A stretch of 64,000 bases of DNA from positions 1 to 64,000 of the forward strand of contig MCFE01000029.1 in assembly GCA_002104905.1 (NCBI GenBank). Reading direction: 5' to 3'. This stretch comes from Basidiobolus meristosporus CBS 931.73 (taxonomy: Eukaryota; Fungi; Basidiobolomycota). A program made the translations under genes and the position numbers. Within the stretch, counting starts at the first letter, position 1; the number at the start of each line of letters is the position of its first letter. Under the pieces are notes generated by a model. That model was not told where the DNA came from, ran no database searches, and saw only the letters and a program-made list of their open reading frames with translations. Positions 52,400 through 64,000 of this stretch are shown one piece after another.

Positions 52400-53567
52400 T
52401 CACTTCTTAAATTGCAACAATCACCTTGTGCAAAATGAGTCAGGAGAGTTTGTGACACCTTTAGGCTCACCTCAGCCTTCTGAATATTGCACACAGAGTG
52501 ATAGCACAGACAAAGAAGGCTCACTGATTGATTGTTATCCTATCTTCTCTAACAATTGTACCACACATGGGCCGGGTCAAGTCCCAATGTGCAATGTGAC
52601 AACACCTATTGAAACAAATGCTGAGGTTACTTTATGGAGTCAAGTGAGCCCAGTATTCCATCTACTGGTGAATGATGTAATGTTGTGGCTTGAGAAGTGC
52701 CACATTTCCACTAATATCAGTAATTGGTGCCTAGAGGATTTACTTTCACCGCTTGCTAAAATCATTCCAGGATGCAACTTACCATGAACATGGTATAAGT
52801 GGACAACCATCAAGTGGCTTGCAACAAATGACCCAAAGACTGTCCTGATGCTAGCATGTGCTGACAGTTGCATGGCATTCACATCCAAAAATGCCACCAT
52901 TGCAACATGTCCAAGTTGCCAGGAATCCACCACAATTTAGGGAAAATATTGATCAAACTCCAGATATATACTGGTATTACCCTGTATGAAGAAGCCCATG
53001 TAGCCCAAAAAATACTGAGAAGCTAGAAAATACCACACTAAGTATCAATCAAGTACAAACATATTAGATATATTCAATGGCACACATTACAAGCAGCTAA
53101 GATGCAAGGGCTACTTTGAAGGTGTTACAAGTCTTTGTATAAGAGTTGTAAAGGAATAGGGCATTTAGCTAGTATTGTATTCACTAAAACTTGAACTGAT
53201 CTTTATTGAGATTCCAGCAGCTCCTTATATACATTTTGCCAGATCAGTAGCTGACTAATTGTATTTCCTAATGTAGGCTGTGGCTGATGACTCATTTGAT
53301 TGCATCATCATCACCCAATAAGATCCTACCTAATATATCTATTTCTGTCTGATAAGGATCTGCTGATTCATTTTCTGACTAATGCTATTTGTCTGATGGA
53401 TAACACTGATATACTGATAGACTAAACATATAACTGATTAATTTGACTAAAAACTGATTCAACTTAAATGTTCAAGCAGTATATCCTAACAAAGGTATGC
53501 ATGACCTGGCCTTTGCCTTAGCACTTGATGGATTCTCATTAAACAAGTACTCTAGCAGCAAGTCCTC
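52400..53567 (+). mobile_element. CACTA transposase fragment, interrupted by a solo LTR and cut at 53568
   Basis: SGEFVTPLGSPQPS.. and VMLWLEK..IIPGCNLP match the 43326-44074 copy. Confidence 0.8.
53123..53491 (-). mobile_element. Solo LTR of the Gypsy family with a 4-bp TSD AAGG
   Basis: Similar to 44844-45212 and 49414-49781. AAGG is on both sides, and removing it restores TTTGAAGGTATG of the CACTA sequence. Confidence 0.92.
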
Positions 53568-56030
53568 CCTATGAAAAAGAATTTTTTCCCCTGGTAGATC
53601 CAATTCAGATCAGCCATCAGGATCCCATTTGGAGACTGTGATAACAATAGTGGCATGCAATCAGTAATCCTCTTAACAATCTTATGACAAAATTACAACA
53701 GCAGATAGCTAATTTTACTGCTAAATCAAGTTATAAAACTTGACAGGGCTTGATTGGTGTGGTAGCAGTAATTGCAAGGCATTGTTGTGGTCTTGATGCG
53801 CACTTCAAATACTTGAAATGGATTAAACTGACTGGTGTATCCAATTGCCTTATATTGCAAAAAACTGGACAGTGTTTTGATTGCCTCATTGCAGGTCTCT
53901 GATGGCATTGTTACAGCAGTACGGTGACCTACAACAAGTTCTGTATAATGGTACTGTACCAGTTTATCAAATGGTATTTCCTTTTTCTACCTCCCCTTGT
54001 GCTATTCATATATTCAACTGTAGACTCACCCCACTTATCTGCTTACCTGCTACTACCTTGGGCTTTCCACATATAGATTGAATTAAACAAAACTATGGCT
54101 TCCTGCTCACTAACCTATACAAGTGTGAACACCTGCCACAATCAACATACTGTCATTACCTCAACTTCACGGCTTTTGTTGCGATACTTGCAAAGTTGCC
54201 ATATACCTTGTGCCACTGATAGCATACATACATCTTGCAGACATATTCTTGGTTGCTGCCACTTCTGCCATGAGATCCTTCTAAATATGTGCAAAGAACT
54301 CTTCAGTATTTGGCTAATATATTCCTTCTCCCTGCTGGATTTAAGTCCAGCTTGTTGGTGCACTCTGGCTCTTGTTTGTGTGAGTTCTGTAATGAATAGT
54401 GTAGAAGTTGGCTTGTGAACAAGAGAAATTTGGCACTCTTTGGCAGAATTATCCTGACAAAAGATAGTTGCTTGCTGCACCCTGCCCAGCTTTGCATTAC
54501 TTGACTGGTTACCCACATATTGTGGCTGCTCAGCTTCTTAATTCCACTGGCATAGGCATCTCCATGTGCACATATCTCCATGAGATTTTTCAACTCTTCC
54601 AGGCTGTCCTCCAAATACCAACTCATCACATTTATGATGGACTTGAAGATAATATTCTTGATGAGTTTGGGATATGATAGTACCTGCAACTTGACTTGCA
54701 CTCTTATCTCCCTACACATCTGCTGAATTGGAAACTCCCAAAAGGTGAAGCAAGGCCCAATATTCTCCAAGCACTAAGTAAGATGGAATGGAGAATGGAT
54801 ACAGCAGTGGCAGATATCTAGGCATTTGGCTTTATATTTGTAGTATAGCCACTCAAATCTTGTAGCAAACTCCTTCCTCAGCAGCTGTAGATGTGTCAAG
54901 TTGGCATTGGTGATCTGCTTCTGGACAAATATGCTTACAACGTCCACATATTACTCCAATGCCTCCAGTGTACTCTTGGTTGGAATGATATCTAAGCACT
55001 GCTTGAATAAACACATATCCTATTCAGCCAGTCTTTGCATTTGCATTGTTGCATATGTGTATGCAGATGTGTGGGGAGATAGGAAGACAAGTCAAGCTGT
55101 AGGCACTACCATATTCCAATTGCATCAGGAATATTACCTTCATGTCTGTCATGGATGTGATGGGTTTGCACTTGGAGGACAGTCAGGAAGAGTTGAAAAT
55201 ACTGAGGACAGATGTGCGCATGGAGACACGTATGCCTATGGAATCAGGTATCTAAGCAACCACAATGTGTGGGTAATCAGTTAAATAATGCAATGCTGGG
55301 TGGGGTGCAACAAGCAGCTGTTTTTAGTAGTATAGCTCTGCCAATGTATGCCAAGTTTCTCTCAGTAGCAAGCCAGCTTCTGCACCATTCAGTATAGAAT
55401 TCAAACAAACAAGAGCCCAAGCGCTCCAATTAGGGGGACTAAAATTCAGCAGGGAGAAGTGTTATATTAGCTGAATACCAAAGAGTGCCTTGCAGATATT
55501 ATGAAGATACTCATGCTAGAGGTGGTGGCAACAAAGCATTAGTTTGAAAGATGTATATGTTATTAGCAGTACAAGGAATATGGCAACTATGCAAATATCA
55601 CACTAAAAAGACATGAAGTTGAGGTAATACAAGTATATCAATTATGGTGGGTGTGTGCAATTGTAGAGGTTAGTAAGCTGGAGGCCATGGTATCTTTTGA
55701 TTTGAGCTGTATTTGGAATACTCAAGGTAGTAGGGGTTAAGCAGACAAGGCATGCTGAATATAAAGTGGAATATATAAATTGCACAATGGGTGGTAGAAA
55801 AAGGAAACCGGTTGGTAAATTGGCAAGTTAGCATTATACAGAACTGGCTAATGGCCACCATACTACTGTACCATCCTATCAAAGAGCCACAATGAGGCTG
55901 TCAAAACACTGTCAAGTTTTTTGCCATACAAAGCATTTAGATGTACTAGTTGGTTAGAGCCATTGAAAATGTAAAGCTACAGTACCAGTCAAACCTTATC
56001 AAGTTTATAATTTTATTTGGCAGTAAAACT
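53568..56030. mobile_element. CACTA fragments: a minus-strand copy starting at the terminal motif, followed by a plus-strand copy of the same region
   Basis: CCTATGAAAAAG terminus at 53568, NIGPCFTFWEFP on the minus strand near 54770, and plus-strand paralogous sequence at about 55070-56030. Confidence 0.7.
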
Positions 56031-56039
56031 GTTTGACAC

Positions 56040-57005
56040 ATTAGATGAGATCTATACCAAGTACTGTGGGCCATCTACCTCAATATACTGAAGGAGATCC
56101 CTTGTTTAGCTTCTCTGCTATCACAAGTACTATTGCCCCACAATGTCTCCTCCCACCTTCCATGGCAGCAAAAGTCCCAGAAGCTCTCATTCTCAGTTGA
56201 CAGTAATTGAGAACTACCTTATATAGGGTATGAATGACTTAGAACAAGCTTGGAGCACTAGGTTCAGAAGCTCCAAGTTTTCAGCAATCAGTTCCATATC
56301 AGGTATATTTTTGATACCTTCCCAGCCAGGATTAACATACCTTCTAGAGAGCAGAGGTACTTTTTTCTGGCATATACAAGGCACACTATGTAAAGTCTCA
56401 AGCACTGTCTGATATTGAGTGTAAAATTATACCGTTTAGTGAGCCATTTGCTGGAATTAGGTATGACAGATCATTCTGGGTAGAGAATTGTCCTGAATTC
56501 AGTAGATGTGAGAAATGTATGGCAAACCTAACTTATAAGGGAGGATTGTCAGAGATTTGGAAGGACTACAGCTATTGGGAATCCAAGGAATGTTGTGCTT
56601 AGCAGAAAGCTGAAGCTCTACAATAAGATATTTGATCATTTCAGAGTGAGTGTTGAGTATACATTTGGATATCTAAAGATATTGAGCATATTGGCAGGTA
56701 AGTGCAGAGGAAAGTCATATATAGCAGAAAACAGCAGAATAGACAAAATACTAAGACACTTATTAATGCTTGGTATATTCATACATGAAGACATCCATTG
56801 AGAGAAGTGTATCTAGCGCACTATGAATAGTAAATAAAGCAAGAAGTGCACCATACTCAGCAACATAAGTAAGATTGAGTAAAATTACCAGTAGCTGTTC
56901 CTACCACAAGTATCATAGTACAATATATAGAGCCAGAATGTGCCATAGAGGTTCAGATTGATCTGTCACTAAAAACAGGCTGACACTATCCAACAGAACA
57001 AGTCC
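56040..57005 (+). pseudogene. Decayed PIF/Harbinger (DDE_Tnp_4) transposase ending in the MITE-type TIR
   Basis: LFSGIYKAHYVKSQ..EPFAGIRYD resembles YSGxKxxHxxKxQ..GPxxGxxHD, and LYNKIFDHFRVSVEYTFGYLK resembles the C-terminal RxxVExxFGxLK motif. CACTATCCAACAGAACAAGTCC at 56984-57005 matches the MITE end and is followed by AAT. Confidence 0.65.
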
Positions 57006-58527
57006 AATATTCAAATGCATATCTGACAATAAAAATATAAGAACTGGATGAACTGGATATGTATTGATTCAAGTGGCCTTCTGAAGCCATTTCTACCAGT
57101 AGTACATTGGAAGCACTGGCCATTGAATATTAACACCACAGGAATAGTTATCTGGAAGTGAATTACCTGTGCCAACTTGACACATCTACAGCTTTTATGC
57201 AAAGAGTTTGTGACAGGATTTGAGTGGCTATGCTACAAGCATAGAGCTGAGCAACAGATCTCTGCCGCCACTGTATTTATTCTCCACCTCATCTTACTTG
57301 GTGTGTGGGGAATATTGGGCCTTGCTTCACCTTGCAGGAGTTTCCTGTAGGGCAGATCTGCAGGGATGTAGGGACAAAATTGAGTTACAGGTACAAACAT
57401 ATCCCAATTTCATTAGGATCATTACCTTCAAACCAGTTATAGATCTGATAAGTTGGCACATGGAGGATAGCCAGGAAGAGTTAGAAAATTTAGAGGATGC
57501 ATGTGCAGAGGAAGACACCTATACCTTGAGCTTAGGTAGTTAAGCCACCCTGATGTGTGGGTTATCAGTTAAGTAATCTAAAGTTAGGCTGGGGGTAACA
57601 AGTAACTGAACTTTGATAGAACAACTTGTCAAAGTATCCAGGATTTCTCTTTGTCACAAACAGGTAGCCACACCATTTAATGCTGAATTCACACAATAAG
57701 ATCCAGAGCTCACCTATAAGAGGGACATGAATCCAGCAGGGAGAAGGAGTCTATTAGCTAAGTACCAAGAAGTTTGTTATAAATACTCAGTAAGTATTCC
57801 TGGCAAAAGCGGCTACAACTGTGCATATGTCTGCAAGGTGCACTATGAGAAATTGTGATGATCCCATCAAAAAGCCAGCACAAATTTATAGTACCATGAC
57901 TAAGAGGTATTGATGCCATCAGGACACTGTGCAAAGACCATCAAAAAATAATTGCACCCCATATTTCACAAACAACCTAGTCAGAGTTTCTCATCACAAC
58001 AATACAAAAGTGGCTTTTGATTGGTTCACTGCCAATTTTCTCACTTTCTGATCCTGGACACTCTATCACCTCCTATGTTTGTGTGCATTGCTTGGCTATT
58101 GCCTCTTTTTCAAACCTCTTACTTCCTGACTCAACCATTGCTCCTACTTCCCATGCATACACAAATATTTATCTCCATTGAAACTTCAGTTGCACCTCAA
58201 TTGCCAATTTTATTGATCTATGAAAGTCCCTTAACCCTACACTAACATATAGCCCGGCCCCACACTCAACAAGTAACTCCATTAAGACCCATCATCCAGT
58301 AAGTATTTCTGCTGTGATGCCCTTTTTCCATGAATTTGGCAGCAACCCTGTGGCTTTGCGCCACTGTTCATTCACTAGGTCCCATCCAACAGCTTCACAA
58401 ATACTCAATGTCTTTTGAATTTTAGGCTTTGGTATAGACACTACATTTTCTCCCTCCCATGCTGTGACAGGCTTTAATGTGGGCTTTATCTTTGGGCAAT
58501 TTTGTTGTGCTTCAATGACCGTACAGT
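57006..58527. mobile_element. More CACTA-related fragments
   Basis: 57006-57840 parallels 41650-42700 in reverse complement. 57841-58480 parallels the about 60700-62020 repeat in reverse complement. Confidence 0.6.
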
Positions 58528-59389
58528 AGACTTGTTCCGTTGGATAGTGCCACATTGAGCCATGAGTGCCAAATGATGCCATAGTGTGCCAGAGAGGCCA
58601 AGTGAGCCACTACCTGGCCACAGAGTGTGAAACATAGCTCTGCATCTGCATGCCAAGTAGCCCCTGTGTTTCACCCATTGTGTTGGAGAAAATCCATTTT
58701 TTGACCTTTTTTTTTGGATCAATGTTGTACAGGATGTGTTAGAGCACAAGCAGATTGAAGATATGCATCTGGTAGTCAATACCCATGGCACTCTGACTCT
58801 AGCTCCTGTAGCTTGTATCATGTCACAAAAATGAATGGCACTGTCTTGGTCCACTGGTACTATCTGGCACTATATTTAAATATTAGCCCTAAAGTAAGAC
58901 CTATACAAAGCACTTATAGTGCCATATAGTACCAGTGAACCAAGATAGTGCCATTCATTTTTGTGACATGATATACGCTACAGGTGCTAGATTCAGAGTG
59001 CCATGGGTATTGAGTACCAGATGCATGTCTATACAAAGCACATATAGTGCCAGATAGTACCAGTGGACAAAGATAGTGCCATTCATTTTTGTGACATGAT
59101 ACAAGCTACAGGAGCTAGATTCAGAGTGCCATGGGTATTGAGTACCAGATGCATATCTTCAATCTGCTTGTGCTCTAACACATCCTGAGCTACATTGATC
59201 CACAAAAAAAGGTCAAAAAATGGATTTTCTCCTGCGCAATGGGTGAAACACAGGGGCTGCTTTACATGAAGATGCAGAGCTATGTTTCACACTCTGTGGC
59301 CCAGTATAGGCTCACTTGGCATCTCTGGCACACTATTGCATCATTTGGCACTCATGGCTCAATGTGGCACTATCCAACGGAACAAGTCT
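58528..59389. mobile_element. Fold-back MITE, copy 3 (TSD AGT), with an internal duplication of about 130 bp
   Basis: AGT|AGACTTGTTCCG ... CGGAACAAGTCT|AGT. ATACAAAGCAC..TAGTGCC..GATGCAT is repeated at about 58900 and 59030. Confidence 0.9.
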
Positions 59390-60272
59390 AGTATTTTCTT
59401 CTGTATTATCAGCAAGTGTCTCAATCAATGGCTGTCACATTAAGCTCCTGGAATGCCTTCTTTGCAGCAGAGATACTGCTTTCTCTACCAGGGATATTGA
59501 TTTCTCTACACCTTTTATCTGCTCATCCTGTTTCTGGTCTTTTTCCTGATTTCTTTGGGTCATTGCATCTATCCTATCAGCCACTGCACATAATTGCCTC
59601 ATTTCCGCATTAGTATCAGCTGACAACATAGTTGCTGATATGGGTGGTGGTGATGATATGATAGCTACTTGCTGGTCTTCAACTAAGGGTACTGTTTTTG
59701 GCCTAAAAGTTTGAAACAGGTGGCAACACAAAATCAGGTTGCCAATAGAGTGCTGGTAAGGGAAAAGCAGGCCAAAACAGATGCACCAGTGCAGTATTGA
59801 TCAAGGAGAAAACATAGTTCAGTACAAGCAGAACTTTGATAAAGTAGCAGTGAAACACCCAGCATTGATCAAGGAAAAGGTAAAGGGAGAAAGGTCTATC
59901 CAAGCCAGAGGCAGGTACATGTGAGAAAAAAGCCACAGTCCTTGCAAGTTAATGCCATTAGTCCAGAGCAGGCTGAATTCCGTAACTGCCAAGAAGTATT
60001 ATCGACAAAAAAACTTGTTTCTCAAAGGTTGCAAGTACTGCTAGTTGTGCTATACACCAGTGAGATATATGAGTTTGTAGAAAGGCATTTTATCTACCAC
60101 AGCCACCATGTCCTCCATTGTAGACAGAGTGACTTGGTTCTCCGTGAAATCAAGGGTGTAAACTTTGAATGATCTTTGCACAGTGTCCTGATGAAATCAA
60201 TATCTCTTAGTTACAGGATTTTATTTTTGTGATTACCTTTTGATGGGATATCCACTATTACCTTTCATAGGG

Positions 60273-63200
60273 CATGCAAGTCAGGTCTGAGCATTCATTG
60301 GTCACTATTGTACCATGTACATGGTACAAACAGACAATCATCCTGTTACTGACAGCACATGACCTGGGGAATGTACAAAGTAAAGCATGTGATAATGGCT
60401 ACATGACATTAACATCAGAAAATGCCACCATTGCAAGGTGTCCAACTTATTTACTATCCACAGCCATAGAAGGAAAACATTACCCATGCTGCTGAACTAC
60501 TCCAGTAATGTGCCTGTCTAAAGAGTCATATTTAGTCCCACAAGTATTTTGCAGCTATAAAGTATTATGCTCAGTATCCTTCATATGGAAACATTTCCAA
60601 CATAATTATGGCAAACATCAATATCAACTATGAAGTAAGAGCTACTCTAACAGTGTGTAAAACAATGATCTATGAGAAATAATTTGGTCCCGTGGGTGGA
60701 TCCCATCCAAACCAGGGGGAAGCCGCAGTGTGTATACCAAAGCCTAAAAATCAGATGATATTGAAGATCTTTGAAGCCATTGAGTGCAATTATGAAGAGT
60801 GGGCTAATATTCAGGAGGCTGTTAGAAGTCTAGTATGCTAACACCTTAAGGCCAGCATACCATGGGACCATCAAGAACTCAAGGCCATGCTGAATGCACT
60901 TGATGCATCAAAGCAGCATTTATTGAGGAGAAAATGTATTTCAATATAAGACGCACTCAGACAAAGTAGCAGTGAAAGACCTGACAGTGATAAAGGAAAA
61001 GGTACCACAAGAAAAGCTCACCAATGCCAGAGACAGGGAAGCATGAGAAAAAAGCTGCAGTTCTTGCCAATCAATGCTGTAAAACCGGAACAAACTGATT
61101 CATATCATAGCCAAGAAGAATTACCAACATGACAACAGCTGTTTTCACAAGAGTTGGAAGCACAGCCTGTTGAGCTATGCTCCAGTGAGGTATATGAGTT
61201 TGCAGAGAAAGGCAATTTGTCTACCACAGCCACCATGTCTTCCATTGTTGCCAGAGTGGAGATCTCACTGACATACAAAGTAAGAATATCAAGAACTTAA
61301 GAGGTTATCACAATGACTTCAGTAGATTTTTTGAAAATTAATAGGCACACCAAGAAGTTGCAGCACTTCTTCAAGAGCAGTGCTCAAGAACACTCACTTG
61401 TATATTGCAAGGATCTATTGCAATGACTGGCAGATGTGGTGCTAGACCTGGCAGCAATGGCTGGAGACCAGGATGTAAGGGAACCAGTGAGTTAACAGTG
61501 GCATAAAGCTGTAGGGTTCCTGTTAAAGTCATGGAAACAGTGCATTACAGCAGAAATACTTATTCAGTGGTGGATTTTAATGGAGTTACTTGTTGAGTGT
61601 AGGGCTAAACTTAATGTTAATATAGGGTATAGGGACTTCTATAGGTCAATACAATTGGCAATTGAGGTACAACTAAAGTTTCAACAGTAATAAATTAACT
61701 TATATGCATGAAAAGTAAGAGAAATGGCTGAGTTAGGAAGTAAGGAGTGTGAAAAAGAGGCAATAGCCAATCAATCTATACAAACATAGGAGTTGATAAA
61801 GTGTCTGGGATCAAGAAGTGAGAAAACTGGCAGAGAACTAATCAAAAGCCACTTTTGTATTTTTGAAATCAAAAATTTTGACCAAGTTTTTTGTGAAATC
61901 AGGGATGCAATTATTTTTGACAGGCTTTGAACAGTGTTCTGATGGGATTGATACCTCTTAGTCACAGGACTTAGAATTTGCGACAGCCTTTTGACAGGAT
62001 CATCAAAATAATCTTTCATGGATGGTGGGGTGATGTTATGATGGCCACTTGCTGGTCCTCAGCCCAAGGTACTTAGCCATATTCCAATCTACCTCAGAGC
62101 TAATCCATATGAAAAATCTCTAACTTGGAATTTTGGCCTGTAGTCTGCTAGTAATTTAATATTATTTAGAAGGTATTCAGACAGCATTTTTTTGCAAGAA
62201 TTTAGTTGCAATTTTTGATGTAAATTGTTGGCTTCTTATCTCCAGATATGGTATGAATCTTGGTTGTCCCAGTCTCCTCTTGAAAAATATGTCTGCTTGT
62301 TTGCCCAACTGCTGGTATATGAGATAATGATAGTTGTCAGACTTGAGAAAGTTGGAGTTCAACTGATTTTATGACAGTATGCTGCTGGCCTTTTAATATT
62401 TTTTCTCTTAGGGTATGGTCAGCATGTGGCTCTGCAAAGATTCTCAACTGCCTGCTTGACTGAAAGCCTAAGGAATCTGCATTATTACCTTCAGTTGATG
62501 TAGCCCTGCTTGTTGCACTGAATTTCAAGGCAACCTGTGGTCCAACCATTGTGGTAGGGTAATCATAACTCCAACAGACAAGCTTCTCCATTCAGCTATT
62601 AAGATGCACTTATTCATATTTAATCTTTTCAATATTATCCCATAAATCTTTGCCCAGAGATTATCAGTATTATCCCCATATGATGTTTACTCTGATTAGT
62701 TATCAGCATTAGTTATCAAAATGTTATTTAGCTTTGTGATCTTCAGAAGTACCCGCATTAGGCAAGTACCTATGTCAGCACCTATGACACAAGAAATGGG
62801 TTTGTGTTACCATCCCTACCACTTCTATATTATATATAGTCTCTCTTTGTTACACAGGCTCCACATTACTGATCCCTGATTGGACAGATGTGCTATACCT
62901 TCTAGAACTTTCCAGAACCATCTTAGAGTAGTATTAGCTCATAATGATGTCATCAAGAACTCTACTGATGCCTAGAACACCATTTTTTGCTGCTGTCAAC
63001 AGTGGAATTTGGTTGAGAACCAGACATCTTTGCTTTATTTTTTGGCAGCATGCAAATGGAAGTGAGTCCAACCACAGGGGAAATGGTTTTTCATATACAT
63101 TTGTATGTGGTGCCACAACTTTTTATATAATAGACTTGTTCCATTGTGCCATTGATCATAGTGCCAGACAGTGCTGTATATTTTGTTATTAATTTGATAT

Positions 63201-64000
63201 TTTAGGGTCATATGCATATCAATTTTGATCGCAAATTGGCACTGCATGGCGCCATCTGGCACTCTGTGACATGATCAGGCACCATCTGGCATACTCTGGC
63301 ACTATTGGGCACTATGATCAGTTGGAATGATGGAACAAGTCTAATGCTTACTATGGCAGGTCATCATTGAATGTTACCTTTGTGTAGGTGCAAGGTGTCA
63401 AATACAAGACTGTCTTCAATTCACATGAGTATTGAAAAAACACTAGTATGATAGAGTCATATTCTTATGTGGAACTGTTTGCCCCATGGATAAGACTACA
63501 TTGACTCAGCACCTTAAGAGACAAGAAGAAAGACCATGTGGCTATTGCAACAAGCCTCTCAGCCATGAAGCACACAGACAGTATTGTGAGTATTACAAGG
63601 ATCATGGTCTGTATATTACCACACTAGTCATATTTCACCATCCATCAGTTACTATAGTACCATCAATATCTTGCCAGCCACTTGATACTTCTATAACTGC
63701 ACCTTGCCATACTTGTCACCTTCTGCAAACTGAGTCAGGTGAGTGTGCAATGCCTTTAAGCACAACCTAGCCTTCTGAACATGGCATGCAAAGTGATAGC
63801 TCTGAAAAAGTAGGCTCACTGGTGGATTGTGAGCCTATCTTTCCTAACAACAGTACCTTGCATGAGCCTGGCAAATTCCTGATATGCAATGAGATAACAC
63901 CTGTAGATGAAAAAGTAGAGGATACTCTATGGATCCAAGTGAGCTGAGAATTCCATCTACTGATGAATGATGTTATATTGTGGCTAGAGAAATGGTATGT
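60273..64000. mobile_element. Mosaic of decayed CACTA-family sequence running off the window end
   Basis: Transposase fragment at 60280-60660, terminal motif CTATGAGAAATAATTTGGTCC at 60670, and RPCGYCNK and SGE..CEP regions at 63486-64000 matching 43835-44374. Confidence 0.7.
63132..63342. mobile_element. Short (211 bp) MITE of the same TIR family (TSD AAT)
   Basis: AAT|AGACTTGTTCCAT ... ATGGAACAAGTCT|AAT, with internal TGCC/GGCA subrepeats like the long copies. Confidence 0.85.

Overview
Intron-rich eukaryotic DNA, most likely from an early-diverging fungus (Zoopagomycota/Mucoromycota-like; inferred from gene content and short GT-AG introns, not verified). The window has two halves. Positions 1 to about 26.4 kb are gene-rich and CpG-rich. 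They encode a 5'-truncated very-large-inducible-GTPase (VLIG/GVIN1-like) protein with a C-terminal RING, a Fet3-type ferroxidase with two ATCWGATAA iron-repressor boxes upstream, a GH18 chitinase with two CBM5/12 modules and a 4-nt microexon, Rad5, a GATA factor, glycine cleavage H protein, a YJU2B/CCDC130 splicing factor and a small secreted protein. From about 26.5 kb to the end there are no host genes, only an AT-rich, almost CpG-free stack of nested transposons. These are several dead Copia copies (two sharing one LTR), a young non-autonomous LTR element with identical LTRs, a dead Ty3/Gypsy element plus a solo LTR, many CACTA/En-Spm transposase relics, and four MITEs with ANT target duplications (three of them long fold-backs) whose end matches a decayed PIF/Harbinger transposase. 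All exon boundaries, TSDs and alignments were read by eye.
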